From Haplodiscus bocki (taxonomy: Eukaryota), in contig OZ296650.1 in NCBI GenBank assembly GCA_965655095.1, forward strand, positions 53,134,001 to 53,198,000: 64,000 nt of DNA, given 5' to 3'. Position 1 is the first letter of the stretch, and every line of letters starts with the position of its first letter. Positions 25,328 through 37,299 of this stretch are shown here, piece by piece. Below the pieces are notes generated by a model that had not been told where the DNA came from, did not search any database, and was given only the letters and a program-made list of their open reading frames with translations. A program made the position numbers and the translations under genes.

Positions 25328-28300
25328 CTGCAAAGAAATTTATTATATTTACCAGTAAAAATCAATTTCAGTATGTTTTCAAGTCGGTGAAGACATCTAC
25401 TTTTCCTGTAGTCCTAAACTATTCACACTTTTGCATCCCAAATCAACTTGGTACTTACATATCCAGCATAATTGGATACAAGGTGAACAATTTTGGTAGT
25501 TTTCCTGAATTTATAACAGTTTGAACAAACTTGTATTTTCCAATGCTCAAATTTTAGCTAAAAAAACGGTTGAAATTAATAATTTTCCATAGATTTTTTG
25601 CACTTTGCCTTTCAAAACATTTTCTTTGCAACGAAAACATGCCGTAAGTTAATTATACACATGCTACTGCTATGAAACCTCTATTCAACAAGTTTCCAAC
25701 CGGCGCATTCATTGTAGTAAAGCAAAGCTGAGAACAGCTCAAAGTCGGCGCTGCCCATCTGTCGCGAGCGAAAATTGAAATAAACCATAGAGGAGGTATC
25801 ACAAAAAATGTTGAAAACATTTCGTGTTGAAAAAGAAAATCGTGAGGGGGTTCCTTTGATCGTGAGGGGGTTTCCCTAACTTTTTCAGAGTATCACGAAG
25901 ATTAAACAAAAAATTTTGTCTCACAGTACCAAAAAAAATCGTAGAAGGCATCTTTTGGTGTTTGTGAGTACTTACCCGTGCTTGTAATAGACTGTATTTC
26001 CATGCTTTATATTACTATACTAGAAAAAAGTTGGGGAGAAAAGTAGAAAAATTGTGATATTAAAAAAAGTGACAAGAGTCACCATTTTTATGGAAAAAAA
26101 ACGCCGACTAAAGAGTCGACTCCTGTGTCACTATTTTTGTAATTTTTTGAGATCACAACGAATTGTCAACTTTTTTCACTGGCATAATATTTTACAGCGT
26201 GCAATAACAGTCCAAAACAAGCAGGGGCAAGTACTAATACATCAAAAGTACTCAAAACTTTCCTGTGAGACAAGAAAAATTGTCCAAAAATCGTTATAAC
26301 CACCCTCATGAACAAAGTCTTTCGGAAGCAAAAACCTAGAAGCACCAGAGGATCCCCCTACAATTTTCTTAGGCACTGAGAGCAAAAAAATCCTCCAAAA
26401 TTCCTGATACCCCTCTTATGTGTAAATTTTTTTGATACCAGAAACTTCCTGAAACACCAAAAGGACCCCCCACAAATTTTTTTCGTAAGACGAAAAATTT
26501 TCGACATCCTTTTTGTGTTACCACCTCAATGGATTACCGGAAATTTCGAGCCCGACAGATGGTCAAAGCCAGAGATTTTCAGAAACACACAGAACTTTTC
26601 ATAGACAGAAAAAATCGTGAAGAAATCGCGATACCGCCTCCCCCTGTGTAACGTTTTTCGATACAAGGAACCTTCAGAAACACCAAAAAGGTCCCCTGCG
26701 AAAGTTCTCGGTACTGTGGGACAAAAAACTTGAAGTCTTATGTGATACCTCCGCTCTAAAGTTTACGCCGACTTTCGCGCACGATGGGCAGTGCCGACTA
26801 TGAGCTGTTCTAGGCATGTTCTAGCCTCATTCTTGTCAAAAGTTCCACTTTCTGAGCCAAGACTCCTAGCTCCTATGTTTTAATTTCATTTAATTTTTTG
26901 GTATCTGTGGTTCCAAATGTTTATGAAGCCGAGCTTCACTGTGCGAAATAGCGGAACTTTAATAATGGAGAGAAGATTGAATTTTTCCGCCGATATTCAA
27001 AATAATGTGGAAGGAAAAATTTCCTCATCTAGTTGGGTTTTTTACGTTTACTTGCCAATAGCACGGTTCTGGCAGAAGGTTCTTGACAAAAAGTGGAAAA
27101 TTAATCAACAGAATCACTTGCGAAAACATCATTCTGCAAAAAACATGGATGAAAATCTGACGCAGTTCAAGCGCGAAGAAGTTCCAGAAAAGATCCGAAA
27201 AATCCTCTGCAATTCAACACAACAATGAGATATAAAGGTGAATAAAAACATGGGGCGCAGTCGCACTGCGAAATTTTCCGTCAATGTGGCGGATAAAAAA
27301 CTGATCGAACAAACAACAAATCATTTTTACAGATAAGCCAAATGTGACCAAAAACATCTCGATGGAGATCTTGTCGAAAGAATTCAAGTCGATTGATTGA
27401 GAATATTCAGTTTGAATTTCGACAAACTAACAACATTAATTCAACTTTTTTTTAACACCACCTTATCAACATTCCAATCTAAGGGACAAAAACAGAAATT
27501 TTTCCATCTAAGAAATAATCAAAGAGATGTCACCGTCAGTTCAGACCTTGATAGACGAATTCAAAAATGTTGTTTTCGCGAAGGCGAGTTCGATTATCAA
27601 AATATTTCAACACTAATAAAACTTTTGCCACATTTGGTCAATCAGGACTCGACGTCCGATGTAAAAGACAAATTTTATGATTTTTTGGAATGAACAGTCT
27701 GCTTTGAGTAAAAAGCTATCGATTGACACGTTTAAGGGGAGATGGAGAAGGTAGAGCTGGAGAAACATGAGATTGATTATCGAGGCATGTCAAGACCGAC
27801 TGCACTTTCTGTCATTTCTGGTCAATCAGAATTCCACTGATGGGAAGAAAAGTAACAATTTTTAACGGAATAGTGCAGCGAAAGTAGATAACTAAAGATT
27901 GAGACTTTGAAGAATGAACTCAAGGCAGCATTTTCGAAGAAAAACGAGTTGAGTCCAGATTATAAGAACTTCTGGCGATTTCAATTCCAAAATTTCGAGG
28001 CAGGATCAGGGTTGAGTGTTTCAACCAAAAATTCCTCCAAGAGTAGAGACTTTTCGATTGCGACCTTTGGCGGAATATATCGAGCCTGTAGTTATGGAGA
28101 TACATGAGTTTGAATGAAGAGATTTTTCAATTATGGGAGTACTTTTGGCAATCTCGGATTGCGACATAAGCGACGAATTCAATATTGATCAAATCGAGTA
28201 ATCTATCGAAAAACCAGATATTGAGATCTGGCAGCTAGAAAATGAGTCAGTGGATATGGAGGACTAGTAGTGGGAATTGATGAAAAATTGTCAAGTCAAA

Positions 28301-31300
28301 AGCACTTGTTTGGCATTCCTGATCTAACAAAATTCCAATAAAAAGAACAAAATCTTCTTTCTTAGCTCACCTCTGCAGCTAACGGTTTCTCGATTTAGAC
28401 TTTCATGAAGGAAATTAGACTGGTAGTTACGGAGAAAAAGTTTTTGCACCTGGTGATGAATGAAAACTCATAGCGCAACTTGGAAATTTCGGACTGTCAA
28501 AGATCTAATTTTGCAATTCAAGCAACACAGCAAAACAACTTCTAATACTATTTCTTCTCGAAAAGTATTAAATATTCGCTTGATACCTTGACGGAAAAAT
28601 TACGCCAGTAGATACAGAGAAATGCGAGATTGATTATCGACATAAGTCAATAAAAAACTTTTGGGAGTTTCCAGATTTTGATGCAAAAAATCAACTGACT
28701 GAAAATTGAATCGAATCCTTTTCTCTGAGTGTAACGATGCCGATTGAGACCCTCGTGAAAGAAATCAAACCAGTAGTTACGGAGAAACACCATTTCGATA
28801 ATCGAGACGAACCATTTGTAATAAAAACTTTCTGGAAAATTTGGACTATCAAGATTCTGACACGAGGAACAATATCAATTGCTTTTCAATGGAATCCTCC
28901 TCTTCAGGAATAAAACTTCCAAATGAGATTTTCGTTGAGGAACTCAAACCTGGAGTTGCTGAGAAAATGCAGTTTGAATAACGAGATATTAAAAATGATG
29001 GCGGTTTTCAGAATTTTCAGCTATGCGGATTGTGACGCAAGAGAAAAAACCACTGAATTTTCAAAATACTACTCTTTTACAGGTAGAACGATTCTGATTG
29101 TGGCTCAAATGAAAGATTTGAGCATTGAACTCTCGGAGAAAAGTGAGTTGCAACATAGAAGAGACTCAATACTATTTGCGCTTCTCGGTATTCCCGAAAT
29201 CTGGGGATCACAGAACGACATCTTCCAGTAGAAAAATACTCGAAGTACCATCGCAAATTCTGACCCGGAGAATCTATGGTAATGAAAGAACACTTATACC
29301 TTAAAACTCAAGAAATCAAATTTTTACATTTTTAGTCAAATTTTCTTTTGACCGATATATAAACCTTCAACTTTTATTCGGCTGTTTTGGGAAATAAAAA
29401 AAATTGTCAATTTAATGAAAAATATCAAGAAATGCCAATTTTCTCCAGTTGGGTCCGAAATTGGATAATTTTCGAGAAAAAAAAACAAGACTACACTCAT
29501 CAAAATACCCTAAATCCTGTGGAAAAACTATGTTTTTTGGTATTAAAAAATAAGAATGGGTTTACGACAATGTAAAAATAAGTTCAATAAACTGGCGGAT
29601 AGCCGGCGTCGAACTCGCGACCTTTGGCTTCCTAACCGCGGTGACGCCCACACAATTGTATTAATCAAGGTACTAACGGCTCTGCAATAAAATCTGCGCG
29701 TCATGGGCCATTTCAGGAAAAGGAAAAAAATGTCGACTATTTGAATTGAATATTTTCCTTTCGATACAAAAATTCGACGGAAAAATAACAAACACGATAA
29801 CAAATCGAACAACTAAACGCTTTCAAAAGGGGCCATGCTACTACGCGTACTACTTTTTAAGTAAAAACTAACTCAAACTAAAGTGAAAAAAAAAATCAAT
29901 TAAGTTTCAAATATTAATTTACAAGTGTTGCAGTAAAAAAGCAGTTATTCAACCTAATTTCTAGGACGAAACTTTCATGTTCTCCAGCAGAAAAATCTCA
30001 GTTGGGAGCAAATGCAACAAACGGGAGCATGGTTCTAGGTTAGAGTACCTGATAAATCAACTTTTGACAAAACATCGGAGCTTTTGCCAGTTGGGAACCG
30101 ATCAGAAAAGTGGCAGAAATTTGTAAAACACCACTAGTTTGCACCAACATCACACTCAGGCGAAGTTCAGCTGCCCAGAAACTAGCGAGAGTCGGGAAGA
30201 AGTATCGACCATTTCTCCCGCAGATGGAAAATGTTCACTTTACTTTTGTAGCTAAAATTACAGAAAAAAATTTTCCAAGGAGCCAAAGAATGTAGAATAT
30301 GCAGCTGTTTCATGGCAAACCGATTTCAAAGGATTCAAGTGGCAGTAGCAACGGATGGGCAAAAGACAAACCTCTGTCGCCCACAAAACACTTGAAAGGA
30401 TAAGAGAAAACTCGAATTCGCACAACAAATTAATATCTCTCGGTAGAGGTGCATAAAGGATGTAGGAGTAGGGCGCTTCCACTGAGAAAGTGTTAACAGC
30501 CAACCACTTCCAGTAAAAAGACCGCTAAAGCAACGAACAGTCCAAATAGCGCTGGGTAGATGCAATCCAAGAGGCAATTCGCAAATAAAACAGCTTTCAA
30601 AGAAAGACGCCACAAAAAACATTCAATTTTTAATTGCAATCTCGGTTTGTGAGCAAAAAGCGTAAAAGCAACTAGCTCCACAACTTTTCTTTCTCTATGT
30701 GAAAGGTAATTGCTGGAACCTAAAACTGCCGTAACCTGAGAACCATTCCCAGGGAAAACCAGCCCCAACGAACAACGCAACTAAAACTTTTCAATCTTTT
30801 TACAAATCAAAAATTGTGAAAAAAATGAGAACAGACCATCCAGCTGACTCAGCGGAAACTCGAAGCACCAACCATTTGAATCCGCGCTGGATACAGAGAA
30901 TCCGACGATTAGGCATTGAGACAAACGAATTCAACGAAAAATGCAATTAAAACAGCTTTGAATTTTAGAGCATAAGTCAAAATTTCCAGGAACAAAAAAC
31001 TTAAAAAAGGCCCTCGAAGCTACTCCGTAGGAAGCCTAGACCGTAGGTAGTTTATTGTTGAATCAGTGGAAAATTAAAATCAAAGCAATCTCTAGTCATT
31101 GACAAGACAGTATAAACGATCAAGCAAAACAAATTTGATCTTTCGAAAATAACATGAGAAAATGCCACTTAAGGTTCAGAATTAACATCCCTGATGTTCC
31201 TCGGAAGTTCCAGTCAACGAAAAACTGAATTAGATCTGGACCAAACTTTTGTAACCAGTGATCATTAGGAGAGAAGGTTTCAACGAAAGACACAAAAAAC

Positions 31301-34300
31301 GTTTTCGATTTTCCGAACCCAACTTACGATTATTCGACAATCAAAACAATAGAGCGAAATTGAGCGCCCCGGCTACACCGGACACCTCAGGCTATGAGTA
31401 GTTGAAGTAGCACAAGATAGACACAATCTGACACCTGCTTACAAGGAAAAACTAATTACGAACATAGCAAAGAAACCTTGGATTTTTCAAATAAACTGAA
31501 ATATTTCGCAGTATATTCCAAACATAGACCTCAGCTCAAATTTCTCAACAGAAGCTTTCAAGAGCCAGTAGTAGAATCAGCACACCCAAAGGGTCCAACC
31601 TGGCCACTAGTCACTGAAATACAAAATTGTAGCGAACAACGCAAGTAGCCATGCACAAAAGTGGCAAGAACGCACGTTAATAAAATTTTCTACAAATCTG
31701 CAAGAAACGCAGTTTTAATTTACATTTCTAAGAGTAAAATGTGTGAGTTTACAAGAGCAGAAGTCGCAATATCGGTAGACCGAGAGATTCCAGACTGATC
31801 TGGTTGGGGGTTCAGTCAGAAAGAAAAATGTCTAAACTGGGAACATTTGAAAATCTTGCGAAAATGCGAGTTACGACGAGGTGGCGAAAAACAACACGTC
31901 GACCGTAGTACACCTGATTCGCTGAACTCGCAAACGGAAACTACTGTCTAGAGAAAGGAAATTTAAAAGACCGAGAAAATCCAAATTGGACTTCCATTGA
32001 GCATACCTGACGTACACAAAGACTACACAACCGGACGAAAGTTCAGATATTCTATGACGAAATGACTCTACTGCCGCGTCTCCAAAGAAGAGGATGGAAT
32101 CCAAAGCTGCGAAATAACAACGGTGTGAATTGAAACAGTGTGAAGAAACTCGGATGAAAGGAAACTTCCGGTACAGCGCAGAACTGTTCAATGCACTGTT
32201 CGAAAAACTAAACAACAGAAAAAAAACACCAACAGGGCAATCTCTGAAACTTCAAAAAACCTTGAGGCAGCGGGTAATCGATTGAGCGTCGGATGGCCAT
32301 AATCCGACTTAATTTTACCAAAGAGCTTGATTCTAACTAAAGAAGTGAGATATAAGGTCTTAGCTTTTTCATTTGAAAATTCAGACATTGGGCTGGGGAA
32401 GTTCAGAATCAATAGCCCGCACTATTGCGCCAACCTTCCAAGCCGAAGGAAAACCAAATAGCACTGAATGCGCCAATCGAACAATTTTCTGTCAGTAATA
32501 AAAATTCCAACGATCGCCGCGAAAGAAAACACTTTCGACTTTCCAAACACAAACCATGATATCTGGTACGAAAAGTAGAGAAAGGCTTCTCTCGCCCTTT
32601 AACGGAAGCTCCGGGTTTGAGAGTATTTGAAAAATACAAGTGAACGCAACAGAATAGCCTGTTACAGTGGGAAAAAATTAAAAATTGGAAACAAATTCTA
32701 AATCATCCATTTGAAAAACAGAAACTTTGCATAATCAGGACAAAGTAGACAATAAAAGCAACTCAACTTAACATCGGAATAAAAACTAGTCGAATCAGCG
32801 CTAGATGGACCCAATCCGACCAACAGCGAACGAAAAAAGCTGTTGAAGGAGCAATGAAAAAAAAACATCTTAAATTGCCATCACTGAGTCGAGATTTTTC
32901 GACAAAAAAATACAAAACAGCCTAACAAGCTACATCACAGATCGTCGACACCATGGGTACTGAATTTGCAACGAATTCACGCCATCCGACAGCTAGTCAT
33001 TGAAAGAAAGTTTTAACGGACAACGAAATGGACAATTAACTACCTTCATTTTCCTATACCAGGCGAAAATTTTGTCAATGAAAAAGTAACAGGAGCTCCG
33101 AACAACTTCGGGGAAAATCTAGACCAGAACAAAACCAATCAGCACTGGATGGCGATAATCCCACTCCTAGTCAGTGAGGAGGAACTGTTTTAAGGAGCAA
33201 CGAAAACTTGATTTTGTATTTGAAGTAAAATTCATCAAAACTACCACTCAACACAAACACCCGCCAAGAGGGAGTTGAAAAGTCTGAACACAGACAACTT
33301 TCAGCCACTAGTTATTAAGAAAAACAAATTTAACAAACAATGCCAGGGCAATGATCATCCATTCTTCAATCAAATGTAAGGACGCTCAGCAAAAAAAAAA
33401 CGAAACGTATCGTTCGATCTACATTGCAGACTGTAGAGTCTTGGAGTAGTTGAGTGTGCGCTGACTGAATCCCATCCTACAACTAGTCATGAATAGAAAC
33501 TTTAGCCAAAATCAGAAAAGACGACTGGAAATCTAATAAATCAAGTAAATACATCAGAAAATAATATTAGTCCCAATGCAGTTACAGACCGACAGTGCAT
33601 TGTGCTTCTCCAGTTGATCAACGTAACAAAGGGGCCCTAGAAATCTAACGGAAACAGATTTCTGAGAAGTTTTTTCATCATGGACAGGTCTGGGCAGTTA
33701 ACGACAGATCAGTAAAGGCGAAAAGAACTGTGGAATGGTACAGGGAGTACTTGACTTCAGAAAGTGTGACCATTAAATAGTGACTTCCAAAAAGAAAACG
33801 GTTTTTCGTCCTTTGCTCAGAGCTTGACAGATATGGTAGTGCCTGTACGGTTTGACGAGATACACAAACCAAAATCTTTATTACCTTGAACATTCCCAAC
33901 TGGAAAGTCATTGATAACGGCTCGATTTTTTCAACTCACAAGAGCAATGATCTGTTGTAGAGTTAATGAAAAAACAATGTCTGAGAAAATCTCAGGTACA
34001 TACCTGCCTATACACTTCGGCAGTCCCATCCTTCATTTCGCCGGTCATTATCGGCATTAACAAAAGGGTAAAATATTTATTGGATTTCAACATTTTGGAC
34101 AACCTACCTACTCAAGGTGAGCGAATCAACGAAGAGAGAAAATATTAATTTATTACGGTGAGTTGTTAACAGCCAGACAAAAAGAAGAAACTTCAATCAT
34201 AATAAACTGGCGCTGTCAGCTTAAAGAGAAACGAACCATCTTTAGAAAATTCTTTCACATCAACATTATCTGCAAAAGATACTGATCTTGACAACTTCTT

Positions 34301-36358
34301 TTGAGCCTCCTTCTGCATATTTGTCTGAATCCCAACCTGTTTTACATCTTCGGCACTAGTTTCTGAATCTTCATTTTGTGGGTCATCTAGAGCACGGTCG
34401 TACTCATCCAGAAGCTGTTCTTGCCGCTCCAGCTCATCTAACCAATCCATCAAAGCTTTCTTTTCCTCTTGAGAAGGGACAAGATTGCTCAGGTCATTTT
34501 TTACTACCTAAACGAATCAACTAATAAAATAGTCAGTCCCCCTCTTCACACAGAAAGCTGACATTTAACTTCACTTTTCCACAAAGTAAGCCAAATACGT
34601 TTCAATTAGAAATGACGGATTCAAAAAAGTCGATATGAGGAAAGTATCGCGCGCAGCAATAACCTCTGATTCTGTATCCAGTGGCCGACTGGCATCAACC
34701 GATAAACTTAAATCGCAATGTTGATCTCTTTTTCCCTTCATGCTGTTAGCGATAGCAGCACTTTTCTCAATTAACTGTTGTCTTTGTTGTTCAGCAGATG
34801 AGCTTGAAATCCTGCTCTTCCTTTTACCGGCATCTGCCAACTCATCACTACAGGTATCATCACCACCATCATCCGGTAAAGCTTCAACTATTTCTCGAAA
34901 TTGGCCTTCGCTAGTCTCGTCCAAAAAACCAGAAGTCCTGAAAAAAAACAAATTTTACAGTTTTGCCAACAGATTTATTTCCCAAAATCCAACGGACAGC
35001 TTATGCGTCGTGTCTGCTTTCAGACAGCTGCTTCTTGGCATGATTTTCAAGGTAATCTGGAACAAATGAATGATTTGAAATTTGTGTGAAAGGTATCAGG
35101 TTGCCCATAAAAATCATCATCGTGATGTGTATATTATAAAATTTCATTCAACCCACCAGGATCTTAGGAACAGCTGTATTTAAAAAAAGTGCAAAGCTTT
35201 GAAAAACCTTTGATCTCTAGCTTTTCTGAAGTTCAAAACAAAACAATCTTCGGAGCGATTACTTTTGTTCAATTAATATTTAGCTTATCATCGCTGCTTG
35301 ATCAAATCTTGCGATAAAGTAACACCACATAGATTATTTTGCAGCACAAGAAAGGACTTACTCCTCAACAAGATCTCTAGCAAGTTTTGTGGCCTTTTTC
35401 ACTTCTTCAACTTTGGAACTGATCAAAGAAATCCTCGTTTCCGCAATTTTGCCAGCTTGGGCCGCAGTGGTTTCAACGAAGTATCCATCGCCAAGAAGAA
35501 CTAAAATTTCATTGGTGTGAATCAACTCTCCCGGCATGAAAGCCACCTGAAACCACGCTCACCATAACAGTTCTGAACCTGCAGTGCAATACATCAAAAA
35601 ACTGCGCCGTCATACTCGACGACGTTCATCTTTTTCCGCATAATTTGCATGTCCAATATAGACAAAGCTCAAAACTCGTCGAATCTATGTCGATAATGGA
35701 AATATACTTTGCTTAAGTCGGAGCTGCCTTCGCTGGAGCGCAAAAATTTTACACGGGAACTCTCTGGCGTTTCAACAAAAATCCTCTCCAGGAATTTAGA
35801 TGCATCAAAGCAATGTGTTGACGTGTACAGCTTTTATCATTATCATATATAGGATTCTTGTATTCTAGATTTTCACACATCATATATTCATGTACTTCTC
35901 ATATATTCATGTACTTCCTGCTCGTGTATCTTTCATGAACCATCATGTGAAAATGAGGTCCTATCTCTCATTTGGTTGGTACCGACAAGGATCAAAATAT
36001 GTACAATTCTTCAATGTTTTGACCCGTCTGGGATATTACATCCTTTCACTCCTGTACGCTTAAAGGTGGCTACACAACAATTCGATGTGATGCTTGAGTT
36101 TTTCTTTTACTACGACAGCATTAACATAAAGGAGACTAACTTTGGTCAGTGGGATCATAGCTGCGCTCCTCAATTTGAGCGGCAAAGATTCGAGTTTTTC
36201 TCGAACGTCTTCATATTTTTGTTTCTCCTTTTCGTTTGAGTCTAACTCGGCTTCAAGTTGAATTAACTTTTCGCGTTTCTTATTCACTAATTTCTTCAGC
36301 TGTTCCCCATCGATAGAAGCCGGGCTGAACGCAGCATCGGCATCAGCTGTTTCAATGA
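25038..36358 (-). CDS. URI1: Unconventional prefoldin RPB5 interactor, spliced gene span (start exon unresolved)
   Basis: Phase-consistent exons 36141-36358, 35362-35546, 34664-34937, 34237-34507, 25038-25327. Alpha-prefoldin signature MIPLTK|VAFMPGELIHTNEILVLLGDGYF, the LMDWLDELERQE segment, acidic middle, and URI-box-like C-terminus RRESLFKKRK. Confidence 0.9.
25790..26780. repeat. Foldback-like element with inverted subrepeats
   Basis: Units GAAACACCAAAAGG..CCCC..GGTACTGTGAGACAAAAAA are tandem at 26260-26760 and present in inverted orientation at ~25910-25965. Confidence 0.55.
26900..30100 (+). repeat. Second copy of the ~175-nt-unit dispersed element (in the last URI1 intron)
   Basis: 27260 GTCGCACTGCGAAATTTTCCGTCAATGTGGCG matches 10219 GTCGCACTGCGATGTTTTCCGTCAATGTGGCG; units at ~28087, 28250, 28422, 28607, 28772, 28951, 29126; followed by the same tRNA-like segment. 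Confidence 0.75.
29590..29685 (-). other. tRNA-derived (Pol III promoter-like) segment within the dispersed element
   Basis: Minus strand AAGGTCGCGAGTTCGACGCCGGCT resembles a tRNA variable-loop/T-arm with a B box; no complete cloverleaf. Confidence 0.45.
30100..34040 (+). repeat. Decayed repeat region with a recurring CATCC...CTAGTCATTGA motif, loosely related to 16600-17950
   Basis: Motif at ~31091, 31605, 32991, 33168, 33308, 33482; patchy similarity to 16680-17920. Confidence 0.45.
34237..34507 (-). CDS. URI1: URI1 exon
   Basis: TTTAG acceptor; KALMDWLDELERQEQLLDEYD...SRSVSFADNVDVKEFSKD; G|GTTCGT donor, phase 1. Confidence 0.85.
34664..34937 (-). CDS. URI1: URI1 exon
   Basis: Poly-T CAG acceptor, phase 2; TSGFLDETSEGQFREIVE...; GAG|GTTATT donor. 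Confidence 0.82.
35362..35546 (-). CDS. URI1: URI1 exon, prefoldin beta-hairpins
   Basis: TTTCAG acceptor; VAFMPGELIHTNEILVLLGDGYFVETTAAQAGKIAETR; GA|GTAAGT donor. Confidence 0.93.
36141..36358 (-). CDS. URI1: URI1 exon, N-terminal prefoldin helix
   Basis: IETADAD...YEDVREKLESLPLKLRSAAMIPLTK; AAA|GTTAGT donor; 5' boundary inferred from a CTATCAG acceptor. Confidence 0.8.
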
Positions 36359-37299
36359 CTGATAGTTAATAAAAAAGTATCATCTTAATCTGAAAAAAAA
36401 TTTTAACTGACACACTGACGATAGGCAGTTCCTCTCTTCGATTTAAAAAATTAATCAGGGGTTTCATTCATTCAAAATACAACTACAATAAAACCTCTTC
36501 TAGCTAGTACGACCCGCTTTTTGACCACTGAATATTTTTAAAAAACGAAGAATTGCGTTTCAGGTCAACCATTTCGATTAACCGCCAATAAAAACATGGG
36601 CGCTAACCAACTTAGCGCACAGTCTTCGAACAGCGAGTCGCAGACGGGCAGCTCGCTCGCAGACGCGTTCAGCTCTGAAAGAACGATAGTTTTCAAGTGA
36701 TTATCGATGGACAAAAATAACGTAATTAATAAGGCAGCACTTCCGAGAACACTTTAGTGAATTGTAAAAAAAACGTTCACTACGAATCTTCCGCTCTCGG
36801 ACTAGTTGTGCCTAAAAGTGAATAGCAGCTTTTGCGGGTCAAAACACACATTGCGGAACGTAGATTGAGACCTGACACCAAAACAGACAAAAGATTCCAA
36901 TTTCATCCATTCAGTGTATATGACGGAAACTTTTGTTTCAGCTAATAACTCTGGCTCAAAAAATCAAACCAAAAAAACAGTTTACTAATATATTTGGACT
37001 ATCAACGCACAGGAGCTGTAGTGCCTAACTCGAATCTGAAACGTTTCAGAGCTCAAAACTGTTTCTCCATAACGCGAAATTAGTGAAATTTTTTTTTTTC
37101 GAAATTTTGGTGATACATTCATGCACACTAATACAACACAGGGATTAGCCATTATATCCTTAGGCGCTTCAGAGTAGGCATCTTGTGAAATTCAACACAG
37201 AAGCGAACACTGGCACCAACGGAATGCTAGTTGACAAATCGAAGAAGTAATAAATTTTGAAGGGGCACGGTACAAAAAAACTACTCAATAAACATTTTA

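Noticed and set aside
33990-34130. Candidate extra URI1 exon ending at CAG|GTATGT
   Set aside because: No convincing acceptor or frame, and exons 34237 and 25327 already join in phase.
35881-35917. 19-nt direct duplication CATATATTCATGTACTTC
   Set aside because: Ordinary intronic slippage duplication with no further structure.
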